64,000 nucleotides of DNA from Psammoneis japonica. Taxonomy: Eukaryota. This document shows, in pieces, positions 48,001-59,468 of the stretch. Below the pieces are notes generated by a model that was not told the origin of the DNA, made no database searches, and saw nothing but the letters and a program-made list of their open reading frames with translations. A program made the translations under genes and the position numbers. Numbering within the stretch: position 1 is the first letter of the stretch; the number at the start of each line of letters is the position of its first letter. The stretch is from contig QPGO01000072.1 of the NCBI GenBank assembly GCA_008632985.1, positions 1-64,000 on the forward strand, given 5' to 3'.

Positions 48001-51000
48001 GCAGATTTGGCCCCGCCCAACGACACTGAAGCACCCACAAATGAGCCATCTTCATCCCCATCAGCTTCCGAAACGTCACTTCTGACAGCTGCCCCCTCAA
48101 ATACTGCAGACCCAACTCCTCCCAATCTAACGGACGCTCCTTCGGTGTCTTCTGGAACATCAGCTCCTAGTCCGAGCCCTACCCTATTTGCTGGTCCGGA
48201 TCCAATCGATACGCCTTCTCCATCAATCGAGCCCATTACATCAAGCCCTTCGATTGATCCTCGACCAGATCCTGGCACGAATGAGCCAACTATGGCACCT
48301 TCGTCGGGCACTCCAGATAGTACAGAAACACCGGACTGCGGACATCACGTGCCGTCTGCTGAGCCCATCAATGTCCCATCGATATCCCCGACTAGTTATG
48401 CAGACAAGTTGCCGCCATCACCTAACTCGTGCTCCATTGATGTAAGTTTTTTCAACGCACAAACATTGGGAAGTACGTTATCTTTGATTTCATTGTTTCT
48501 CATGCCCTAGTATTCTTTCACATAATCCTTCTTATAGGTTCAGATTGGCTGTGTATCATGTGGAAGCGACGACGTCGCCAGAGGAACTAACTGCTCTGAT
48601 ATCCCACCTGTTGATCCTGTTTGTGGGAAAGACAACAAGAATCTTTCATCACTGTCCTTCAAATACAACCATCGGGTATGTAACGAGAGCGACAATGGCC
48701 AACAAGGCGACGCCTCATACACTTGCATGGATGACAGTGACGCTTGCGCTTTGGCCGGCGAAAGCCTCATTTCATGTAATGGCAGTGGTGGATTTATGTA
48801 TGAAGAGTTTGTTAAGGAAGGCGAGATCTTGGAAATCGAAGGAAATGTAGGAACTCTCCCCGATAACATTACATGCATTGTGAAGTCGACGGACGGTGCA
48901 TCAGTCTGTCAGGAGGTGAAATTCAGGCCGTCTGATATCAGCCTTCGACATGAGTATGGCAGTTTCACTCTACAAAGCTGTACAGATGAGGAAGGAAAAG
49001 AACACAGCTGCTTCATGAGCATTCGTTATAGCTATATTGTGGAGAACGATGGCAGAACCAGCATGGAGGTTGCCTTTCTCGAACGTACCCACAATGGCGA
49101 ATCGTTTGTTTTAACAGAGCTACTGGATACCACGTTCCTTGAGCCAGGAGAGAAGGGCGTTGCCAAAGAAGTCATCAAAATGGACAGATGCGAAGCCTCG
49201 TGCTTTGAAACCTTAGCTCAGGTAGAAGCTTATCCCCCACAAGGCACGAGTCCTTGCAGAGACACCGATTCGCACGGGTTTTGCGTGGGCGATACCTCCG
49301 CACCAACGTCTCCTCCTTCTCCCAGCCCAACCTCGAGTCCAACCCCAGCAGATGAGCTTGACGGAACCACGAGCCCAACATTGCCTCCTACTCCCAGTCC
49401 TACTCTTGATCTCAGCACCCCGAGTCCAACCCCAGCAGATGATGCCGATGGAACCACGAGCCCAACATTGCCGTCACCTACGTCTCCTCTCACTCCCAGT
49501 CCAACTCCTAATCTCGGCACCCCGAGTCCAACCCCAGTAGATGGGCCTGATTCAACTACGAGCCCAACATTACCGCTGCCCACGTCTCCTCTTACTCCCA
49601 GTCCAACTTCTGACCTCGAAACACCAAGTCCAACCCCAGTAGACGAGCCTGATGGAACCTTGAGCCCAACGTTGCCGCCACCAACGCCCCCCCCTACTTC
49701 TGATTTGCCGGACCCGACTCCTAAGCCTAGCGCCCCAGTCGAATGCGATGTTGATGTGAGTGCGTGGTGTGTTTACCATTGAAAAAGAAACGTTTTTATT
49801 GACCTAGTTTTCTGCCTATGATACACTCTTTGTTTTGTTCAGGTTGATTTGGATTGTGTCTCGGTAAACGATGGAACTCCCTGTCATGAAATCGAGCAGC
49901 CTTTAGATCAAGGCGACGAAGACGGTGACGTCACAGAGCTGGTGTTCAGGCTGGATGGGCGTCTATGCCTTGTCAGTGTCAACTCTCAAGGACCTGATGC
50001 CACTTGCACAGAAGATATCAGAGGATTACCTAGCGAAGATGGCGATGTTCTGTGTACTGGCACTAGCGGAGAGACTCTTTTCAACGGAACCCTTTCACAA
50101 GGTGATTTTTTCCTTGTGAAGCAAGAAGACGGCAGTGCCCTCCCTGAACGAGTCACGTGTGCGCTAACGAGCACAAATAATTTAACTACGCAGCAGGTCT
50201 CACTCAAAACTACAGGAAGCTTGGTTGTCGAGGACCAGTTTGGTAGTATTACTTTGGTGGGCTACAAACACGATAAGAAAACGCCCGTGTGTATTCACGA
50301 AGTCATGTACACCATGACCATCGGTAACAATGGCACAATCGATGTGTCCGTGGAGGTTACCGAGATTGACAAGGATGGAAACCTGACAGACGTTATTGAT
50401 CGTGTTCCATACACTTACTTATCACCTGGAGAGTCTACGAGTGTAACTGAAACGCGCCACATTGATTTCTGTGTTTCAGCGTCTTACAAGATTATTGCTC
50501 GTGTCGAAGCTGAGTCTAACGGTGGTGACATATGCGAAGCTACCTACGAGTACGAGTTTGAGACAGGAACTGAAAACTTGCCAGACCCTGCACCACCTGA
50601 ACAAATGACACCGGCGCCAACGGCAGCTGCAACACAAAGCCCAACAGCTTTTCCAACTGTTGCTTTACCACCGCCTAAACTTACGACATTGGCGCCAACG
50701 GCAGCTGCAACAAAGAGCCCAACAGCTTCTCCAACGGTTGCTCTGCCACCGCCTAAACAAATGACATCGGCGCCAACGGCAGCTGCGACAAAGAGCCCAA
50801 CAGCTTCTCCAACGGTTGCTCTACCAGATGCTGCTATATCATCGGCTTCTGGATCTACTGTGTCATCGGCTTCAGGATCTACTGTGTCATCGGTTTCTGG
50901 ATCTGGTTCGTCCGCATCCAATCAGATACCAAAGTTGACTCGCCAAGGAAAGGGGAAAGGTGGGAAGGGTGGTCAAGGTGATTCATTAAAAGCTGCAAAT

Positions 51001-51603
51001 GGTAGCAAAGGGGGCAAGAAAGGTGGAGGCGGGCTGAAACCCCAAGGCGACGAAGGGGCACCTGCCATGCTCAAAGCCCAAGGCCTCAGCACTGGTGGCA
51101 GTCTGAAGCAACCTGTTAGCAAGTTTGGCTCCGACGCCCAATCGCATGCTTCCACACAAGTCGACTCTGTTGGGGAAGTTACAGCGAGTGCCGCTGTCGA
51201 AGAAAAAGCCTCAAAACCAGCTGGGTTTAAAGCGGTTCCGGTAATAATCGTTGCTGTTGCCTTGGCAGCTTTGCTTGCTGGAGTAGTATTTCGAAAGTTC
51301 AGGCAATCTCCGAGAAATGAGACTCGAAGTGATGATCCGTGGGGTGTTAACCTTGCCCCTAGTGCTGATGGATACGAGCACGATGATTTCTCGAAATGCA
51401 CTTCACCGAACTGCATCATTTGTCAGCACCGCGTTTCATTTCTGCCTCCAGACGTTGGTGTCAACAACCCAGAGGGAACAAATAAGGGTTACTGGCCCTT
51501 CCCTTCCACGAATATTTCACTTTCTTCCCCTTCGTCGTCTCCCGCAACAACGACGCGTAAGTCTCGTTCTCCACTTGGTAAATGGGGAGGAGCCGAATTG
51601 TAA
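45043..51603 (+). CDS. ~2125-aa mucin-like Pro/Thr/Ser-rich surface protein with Cys-rich domains and a C-terminal TM (exons 45043..48441, 48538..49755, 49843..51603)
   Basis: N-terminal hydrophobic segment, PTP(A/S) repeats, two related Cys-rich domains, a KG-rich patch and [22 protein letters not shown]; both introns restore the frame. Confidence 0.85.
45420..48100 (+). repeat. Coding tandem repeats: PTPS/PTPA tetrapeptides, then 9 copies of a ~66-75-aa DCG...[10 protein letters not shown] unit
   Basis: Counted directly in the translation. Confidence 0.92.
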
Positions 51604-51783
51604 AGACGCAGCGCATTTGTGCATAAATATATACTCGTACATAAAAACTATTTCCGCATTGAAATAAGCAAGCAGCTTTTCTAGTAGGTACCGGTAGAGT
51701 GAAGTAGTCTAATGCACTTCTTCCTACTGGACCTGGTGCGGCTAGGTTACGCATATAGAGAGTCCAGAGTCAACCACAGTTTC

Positions 51784-54700
51784 TCAAACTGCTACCTCTT
51801 CTTCACAACAGTCCACCCCTCCTTCCGGTAACGAAGGCAACTCTTCAGACACGGGAGTTGCCCCGCCATTGTTGTCAGCTTTCTCCTGCGTGAATTCATT
51901 GTGTCCCACCGGCGAACATTTCGCTTCTTCGCTGACTTGTTCTGCTTCCAAATCTTGTTTACTGCCTCTCTTCCTATCGGCCTTTGCTTTTTTCTCTTCA
52001 TCGTCTTGAGCTTTCTTCCAAGGTAAGTATGCTGTGGAGAGTCGGTCAATCAGAACACCCAGTTCTTCCCTAAACAGTGCGATATCCTCCATGTCAAATC
52101 TAAAAGCTTCCGACTCCGTAATTGCCGAGTAAAATGGTGCGTTTTGCTGGGAGTCACCAAGTGTAAAATCTTCTTCGCGAAGGCAATACATCCCATAGGC
52201 GTAGCGACAAACGAATACACCACAGTCCCAACTATTGTTTTGGTAGGGGACTATGGAAGTCATGCAACGCAAAGAAGTTTCAGCGACATGACACGGCAGT
52301 ATCATTCGGTTCAAAATTGCCGAGATACCGTGAAACTTACCCATAGGATCAAAGACAGGCATCGACTTCTTTTTGAAGGGTTCCTCTTGTATTGCGTCGT
52401 CCATCCCAAGTCTAAGCCACTCTGCATTGAGCCATTTTCGGACCGCATTAGCAACTGCAAGCTTACTGTGCGCCTTGAGAGAATCAAAGAAGAGAATGCA
52501 AGAAAGCAAGGTGTCGGGCGACGCAACGCTTGTGTCCTGTTCTTGCCAAGCATGCATAATGGCGCCTGGGTTTACCACGACGCAAAGAGACCAATGCAAG
52601 CTCTTGTTAATGGGAATAAAGATAAACTTTTTGGTAAAGACGTCGATTCCCTTCTTCGCGGTCCACGAAGTAACACCAGAAGGGCCTTTTTCTTTCAAGG
52701 TTGTGTAGAAATGGGAGGTGAAAATATGAATGTCGGAATCGCCATTCGAAAGGTTCTTCTCCTTGCGCCACATCCTGCACGAACGAAGAGTATCACGACA
52801 TCATATTAAAAGAAATGCAAACATAATACACAACGATATACGACACCTGTTCTTACCATTGCATCCAGAAGTCAATCAAGGTATCGTTAAGGAATTCGCC
52901 TTCCGTTAACCTTTCGCGGTCTTCTTTATGAATGGTCAGTAAGTGCGTTCGACCTCTGCCCTTTCGGTCTTCATTATTTCCAGCATCAACGGCATCATCT
53001 GAATCACTGCTAGATTGAGGCATCTTCGCGACGGGACCAGCCTTGTCGTCGGCAAGCTTGCCACCAAATCTTGCCGCGAGCTGTGAAGTTCCATGCGCCA
53101 CCACCAGACCCTCGGCGGCGCTGTCAATTTTTTCTTCCGACTCACCAAAGGGAAAGACGAGCAAGAGTTCATTCGTCTCTTCCTTGCGTCCCTTTCCTCG
53201 TCGTTTGCGTGGCGACCCAATGCAACTTTCTCGCCGTTTCTTTTCATTCTTGGATTCCTCCAATAGAGACGCCGCAAACTCAGGAATCGCTGAAGCTTTA
53301 ATCCGACTATCTTCGCAAGCGTAGGCCACAAGCTGTGGTGTACGACGAAATCTCTCCAGCAGCTTCAGGAGGTCCTTGTTTGATCGGAACTCAACCACAG
53401 CGTACTTTGTCGTCGAGTCAACGTCTCCAAGTAGGGACTGCGCATATTTGTTGCTCAAAAATTGAAATTTGTTCTCCTTATTCGGGGTAATCCTCAATGA
53501 CATCAAGGTCATTTGTTCGCTCTCGTCAAACGAAGAGTCGGCATTGTTTGCGGTTTCGTCTCCAACCAAGTGGTACTTCATTTCTTCAATCTCCTCCGGC
53601 ACATGAATCGTATACTCGAGGTTCTCCTTTTTCTTCATTGCTTTTTTCTGGTACAGTAAGGTTAGCTCGTTCTTATCAGCTTTCCCCTCTTGGTACACCA
53701 CTCGACAATTCGACGCCACGACTTTCTTTCCAAATGCAATCCGCACGACATTAATTTCGAAAGGAGCCAATCTTGGCGACCTTCTCGGTGGGCTCGACAC
53801 GACGCTCGCGGTATTGACGACTTCTTCGGGTTCACTGTCCGAGCACAAATCAATAGTGCGTGGCTGTTGCTGCTTGTGTTTCTTGGTTTGAGATCGAGTG
53901 GAGGGGCGGCGAATTCTCGAATCTTTGGGGGTGTCTCTTGGTTGCCATTCGGTATCCTCTTTAGAGCTGGTCCGAGATCGAGTGGAGGAGCGGCTAGGGG
54001 TGTCTTCTAGTCGCCATGCGTTGTCCTCTTCATAGCTATCAAAGCTCCGGCGTCTCTTTCTGTTGTCTTTCTTGACTTGCTCCTTCTTCTTTTTGGTCGT
54101 CATCCACCCTTTGGACCCTTCACTTTTGTAGTTAGACATCTCACGTGGAGTGTTCATAAAACTACCATTGTCTGCAAAAAATTCCCCATCATCATTACTT
54201 TCTGCTGGCTTCCGGTGAAACGGGCCAGGGTCAACGCCAGTGTTCCCCAGCGATCCAGTCGACTTTCGCCTATTGTCGCGCTGCCTCCAGCCTCCTTTTG
54301 CTTCCTGCGAGCTATCGTCTTCAATCGGGTCATTGTGCAAGACGTTTGATTGAAAAGACGCCCCTGGAAGAATCCTGGTGCCCCCAGGTTTTCGCACCTT
54401 GGCTGCAACAACGAAAGAACATGGCGCGTTCGTGTAAGCAGAAACAAAGGAAAAGGGAGAGAGAAAGAAAGAAGGAGCACACATGTGTAGTCACGTACGG
54501 TTGTTTTTCTTGGAGAGATTCAGACTCCCTTTCTTCTTGCGGCCGCTACCGAATGAACGATCATGTTCAGGAACGCTCTGAAAGCAAGATTCCTGTATTG
54601 CTTGGAACTGTCCAGGTGAGAGTGCCGAATCCGGAACTGCATCGCTAGGAGTTCCTTCCAGCTCTGGGGATGAGTTCTCCGGAAAGAAACTACTGCTGGG

Positions 54701-55429
54701 TTTCAAGAGCAAATCATTAATAGAAAACTTGGAATCGTTTTGCAAGCTTGACGACTCGGAGTTCTTATGCGTTGCTCTGGATGTGTGTTTGGGTCTTGGA
54801 TTCATCATTTTTTCTACTGCTTGTTGTTCAAGAACCTGTACTTCTGCCTTATTATTATCCGAAGCTGAGGCAAAGGGTGTAGTAGACACCTCGACTGAAT
54901 CATCGCCTCCTGACGACGACGACGACGGCGCTGTAAAGCGCGTGTTGGATGCCCGTGACTTTCTCGCGGCAGGACGTGCTTGACTCTTTTTCTGCTGTCG
55001 CTGAGCTGCTTGTGCTGGCGGTCTGTTGCGACTCTGACCGCTGCTCCCTCCTGACGACACGATGTTACCTCTTGACGTTGGTCGACCTGCGTAGGTCTCG
55101 AGGATACCGCCATTCTGCTGCTTCACCCTACTACTCATACGTAAATTCGACACCAAACCAGAGCGATCTGGAGTGGCCTCTTTGGCTTTACGGGGAATAG
55201 ACTTCCTCTTTAAGTTTTCCGGAGGAGTCTTCACTTCATTGACAGAGTCAATCATATTTTGCGTCATAGTGATCTTAGCCAAAATGTCCATTTGCGGTGG
55301 CGTGTCCTCTTCCATCGAGACTGGAATATCGGAGTTATGGTGTCTTGCGTCGTTGCCATACCTCTTTCGTCGATTCTTTATCTTAGTCTTCTGGCTCTCA
55401 CCATAGGTTGTCTGAAAAGGAAAGCTCAT
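51784..55429 (-). CDS. Ulp2/SENP-like SUMO protease (peptidase C48), multi-exon
   Basis: EFLNDTLIDFW, HIFTSHFY, IPINKSLHWSL, FFDSL and QNNSWDCGVFV (His-Asp-Cys triad); long disordered N-terminus; start uncertain. Confidence 0.9.
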
Positions 55430-55909
55430 TCTTCTATACTGATACGATAACACGCATACAATTACAACAACGACAACGACGAGTGCATCAGGAACAACAA
55501 CAACAACATCTGCTCCGGCATGTTGTGTTGCCTGCCGTCGTCGCCGCTCGCGGTTTTTAGGGGAGTTCGGCCGCGCGCAAGGCTACGTCGCTACTGTACC
55601 AGAATTTGTGTATGTAGGTCACAGTAGAGATTGTACAAAGGGCTTTTGGCGCGAACCGTAAGAGCTCACATGCCCATTTCACATCTGAGAGTCTGGCCGG
55701 CTGACGGTTGATGTTGGGCCCTAACTCCCAACTTGGGAGGTCGGTCTGGGTCGATCTGGATGGAAAGGCAATCTCCCGCAACCTCTAATCTAGAGACTCG
55801 AGAGAGGAAATATTATAGCTGGATACAATTCATGCATCGTACAACATATCTAACTCTAGGTAGAGAGGACACGGCATTTAGCAACAAAATTGTAGACACA
55901 ACACAGAGG

Positions 55910-56605
55910 CTACTCTTCATCCAACATGGCATAACGAATTTCTTCCAAGACCTCATTAATCGCATCCACGCATTCCGATTGTTGCTTTTGTAGCGACTGC
56001 ACACTCTGTTCCAACAGTCTCATGGAACTTTCTTGTTGCGGTTCCAACAATCCCTCGCGACGCAAAATTTCTAAATGCAACGCTGCCGTCACGTTGAGTT
56101 TCGTTTCCTCGTATCGTTGCAACGACTGCAACAAGTGCTTTTCGTTGTTTCCCCGAAATAATTCCATGACGGACTTTATGAGACTGGATTGGGTCGCAAA
56201 GGACGCCGTGGCGGCCGCCACGTGAGAAGGATACGGAACCAAAGACCGTGTTTCGAGTACTTGTTGAAAGCCTTGTTCAAATTGACGATAGGTTGCAACC
56301 CGGTCTTGTTGAGTCGTCAAGACGACTTGGAGCAATTCACGTCGACTCATCTTTTTCAATTCATTCTGTATTTTGGAATTGTCTTTTTTCTTCACGTCCG
56401 TTTCCGCCTCTTCTTTGTTGTTGTTGTTGCTTGCCAACAAATCGATTGTTTGACCCATGTCCTTTGCATGATTGCCGTGACAAGCGCACGCTGATTTTTG
56501 ATGCTCCTTGTCTTGCATTCGTGTATTCAAAATGTCGAGGGCATCTTGAATGTCAATGCCTGACTGGCTCTTGGTGGATTGTGTTGCTGGCGTTGGTTCC
56601 GTCAT
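55910..56605 (-). CDS. REX1-B-like domain protein
   Basis: QQDRVATYRQFEQGF...Y...TASF...LQRYEETKLNVTAALH...INEVLEEIRY resembles the REX1-B family pattern (recognised from memory, not searched). Confidence 0.65.
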   Translation of the reverse strand: MTEPTPATQSTKSQSGIDIQDALDILNTRMQDKEHQKSACACHGNHAKDMGQTIDLLASNNNNKEEAETDVKKKDNSKIQNELKKMSRRELLQVVLTTQQDRVATYRQFEQGFQQVLETRSLVPYPSHVAAATASFATQSSLIKSVMELFRGNNEKHLLQSLQRYEETKLNVTAALHLEILRREGLLEPQQESSMRLLEQSVQSLQKQQSECVDAINEVLEEIRYAMLDEE

Positions 56606-56855
56606 GGTGGATGCTTGTTGGAGGGAGTTTTGAGCAAATCGAAAAGTCGAACGGCTTCGTTTCTACGTGGGGAAGGACAGACCGTTCTATGCTTTCGCGC
56701 GATATAGCGCGCGCTTGAAAACTGACTCACAAACTCCGCTCTCACAACGATGGTGCAGCAACCGACGACAGGGACATCACAATGACAATTCGAAAGACGC
56801 GTTTTAACTGCCATACAACGTGAACACCATCCGTATCAACAGTATTTCTAGACTT

Positions 56856-58292
56856 ATGCACTCTCGTTCGATTTTTTCGGCCGTTTTTATGCTTTCTAGC
56901 TCGGCATTTTCGTTTGGCATCATGAGCAAGAAACGACATCGCATCGGTACACCGTTATACTCCAAGCTCTCGACATCCGACACAATTGCCACAGTGTCCG
57001 AAACAACTGTCGCATCGTCTTCCGAAAGCGAAGATTTGTTGTGTGAAATTGGAATCAACACGGTCGATGAATGCAAGACTCTGGAACCGACCGAGTCACA
57101 ATTGAGTGTCATTTCCAATCTCTCCAAATGCATTTGTGGTGCAGGTAGTTTTGTCTTGCCCCACGTGTTTCTCAAGGAGGGTGTGCTGGGAGGCACGCTG
57201 GCCATGACGTTGTGCGGTGGTCTTGCGGCGTATACAATGACGAGTCTAGCTCAAGCCAAACAACGGACGCAATCCACGTCCTATGTCGAATTGGCACAAT
57301 CCGTGTTGAGCAAACGAGCCGGTATTCTCGTGTTTGCATTGACCTTGTGTGCATCGTTGGGAGTGTGTTCGACGTACTTAGTTTTTATTGGTCAAACCAT
57401 GGAGTCGTTGAGTATGGACGTCTCGAGCGAGAATCTCATAAGACAGATACTCCCCAACATTTCTTGTCAAACGTGGGAAGCCATGGTGGCGACCATACTG
57501 GTACCACTTTGTTTGATTCGTGATTATTCCATTTTTGCCTTTACCAGTGCACTCGGGGTGATTTGTGTCGTGGGTGGCATTCTCGTAACGCTGGCCTATG
57601 GAATAGGCGTTGATCCTGGTTGGCAAGTGGCACTGGAGGGCATGCACGATTTGCCACTCTGGCCAGAATCGCTGTCGGTCGCCTTTGGCGGATCCTTTGG
57701 GACGATTGCCTATTTGTTTTGCATCAATTTCTTAACCTTTCCAATCATGAATTCCATGAAGGAACCCGAAAAATACGGCAATGCCGTGTCGACCGCCGTG
57801 GCGGGAGTGTGGCTCGTCAATGTTGTGTTTGCTATTTTGTGTTTGGGATTTTACGGCAGCGACACTCAAGACTTGGTTTTGGCCAATCTAGACAATGGAC
57901 CGTACTTGTCGGCATTAAAGCTGTTGCTATGTGTCGATCTTTTGTTTACGTTTCCTATTGTGTTTTCGAGTGGGCGACAAATATTGGAAAATGCCGTGAT
58001 TGACAAGCAAGACGCAACAGTAGAACGGGCCGTACTGGTGGGCTCTGCCGTGACGGCTTGTTTTGGATTGGCACAGATTGGAGGGTTTGGGGCCGTTGCC
58101 AATCTTGTTGGAGGTGTCGCACAGGGGACACTGGCATTCATCATGCCACCTGCAATTGCAATTACTCTTGCACGTCAAAAGCCTAGCAATGCACGAGTAC
58201 AAGATGAAATTGGCCAATGGCTGGTTGGAGCATTTGGCGTGGTGGTTGTTTCTGCAGTCACGTACAGCACTGCGGTCGGAATGATGCAATAG
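56856..58292 (+). CDS. Amino acid transporter (AAAP/Aa_trans family)
   Basis: NLSKCICGAGSFVLPHVF, SYVELA, FGTIAYLF, IMNSMKEP and AFIMPP; ~11 TM; signal-like N-terminus followed by AFSF. Confidence 0.9.
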   Translation: MHSRSIFSAVFMLSSSAFSFGIMSKKRHRIGTPLYSKLSTSDTIATVSETTVASSSESEDLLCEIGINTVDECKTLEPTESQLSVISNLSKCICGAGSFVLPHVFLKEGVLGGTLAMTLCGGLAAYTMTSLAQAKQRTQSTSYVELAQSVLSKRAGILVFALTLCASLGVCSTYLVFIGQTMESLSMDVSSENLIRQILPNISCQTWEAMVATILVPLCLIRDYSIFAFTSALGVICVVGGILVTLAYGIGVDPGWQVALEGMHDLPLWPESLSVAFGGSFGTIAYLFCINFLTFPIMNSMKEPEKYGNAVSTAVAGVWLVNVVFAILCLGFYGSDTQDLVLANLDNGPYLSALKLLLCVDLLFTFPIVFSSGRQILENAVIDKQDATVERAVLVGSAVTACFGLAQIGGFGAVANLVGGVAQGTLAFIMPPAIAITLARQKPSNARVQDEIGQWLVGAFGVVVVSAVTYSTAVGMMQ

Positions 58293-59468
58293 CAAGTCGT
58301 AGCTTGTGAAACATTGTTCGCAAACGAAGGCTCATCCTATCTGCCAGCTACCTAGTATGTTGCTTGTGCATCAAAATTCATCTGTGTCACGCTGACACAG
58401 AAATGAACAAGTAGTTATTTTGTTAGTAGTACACCTTATCCTACGCGACTTTCCGAGAAATAGTACGCCTTATCCCACGTGACTATCTGAGAACGAGAGA
58501 CACGTTTTTGAATATAGGGAGGTGCCGATTGAATGAATTCATCTCTAGTAGCGAGAAAGGAAAATGCCCGTTCGGGCGGCCGTGACCCGTGACGCATCAG
58601 CAAGTAAACCAATTCCAGATGGTCGGAACCAAGAATTGTCACAAGCCTGGTCGGTGATGATTCTATGTCGCCCACTTTTACATTTTGCATGCATAGTATC
58701 GTCCTTCAAAGTCAAGGGCCAAGATTCAGGACAACCATGCTAAGATTTTCTGTATCAAAAAGTGGGCGTGGAGCGTGATGAATACGGTACAGTAGTCTAG
58801 GGCCCAAGGATTTATAAATCCTTGCTAGGGCCAACGTATTCATACGTACAGTACATAGCTCCAGTACTCGTTTCTCCGTGGCGGGAAAGATCCAGAAAGA
58901 TTGCAGTTTGCTCATCACCATGCTGCGACTACTCTATTATACCCGCACTTGTTGTACCACTACCATGGTATCGTTCTCTCTATTCTGGTCTTGCGAGTCA
59001 ACAGTGAGTTGTATGGCGATACTGTAGTGGGAAAGAGGCTTCGATCTCGTTTTCACATCCGACGGTATCTTCCATCATGGCTCATCGGATCGGTGAGTTT
59101 TCAATATCATATTGTATACAAGCTCGTATATATTTCATGTTTGATTTTCTCCTAAGATAGTGTTTTTTAGGCGTTAAATTGTAAATAGATAGAGTTCCGA
59201 CCTGTCGGTTTTTGGTGTTGCCTTTCAGGCTTATAAAGCACGATATAACGGTTATGTCGGTTAAATTTATCTTATTCGTATCCTCTAATAATATCATCTC
59301 AGGTAACGGCTTTCCACAACTCCGACAACAACAAGCAAGATCCGAATCAGCGAGATCGATCTGCTCACATACATCTCTTGATCGGCCACACTTTTTTGCT
59401 CATTTTTTCTCATTCTCTCTTGTTTGATACAGTGACGATCCTCTCAAGAAGAACTGAAGTCAGCCTTG

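Noticed and set aside
45906..51419. Gly/Val/Ala-rich minus-strand ORFs
   Set aside because: Antisense shadows of the Pro/Thr/Ser repeats.
58436..58921. Possible decayed gene fragment on the minus strand
   Set aside because: Interrupted by stops and too short to assign.
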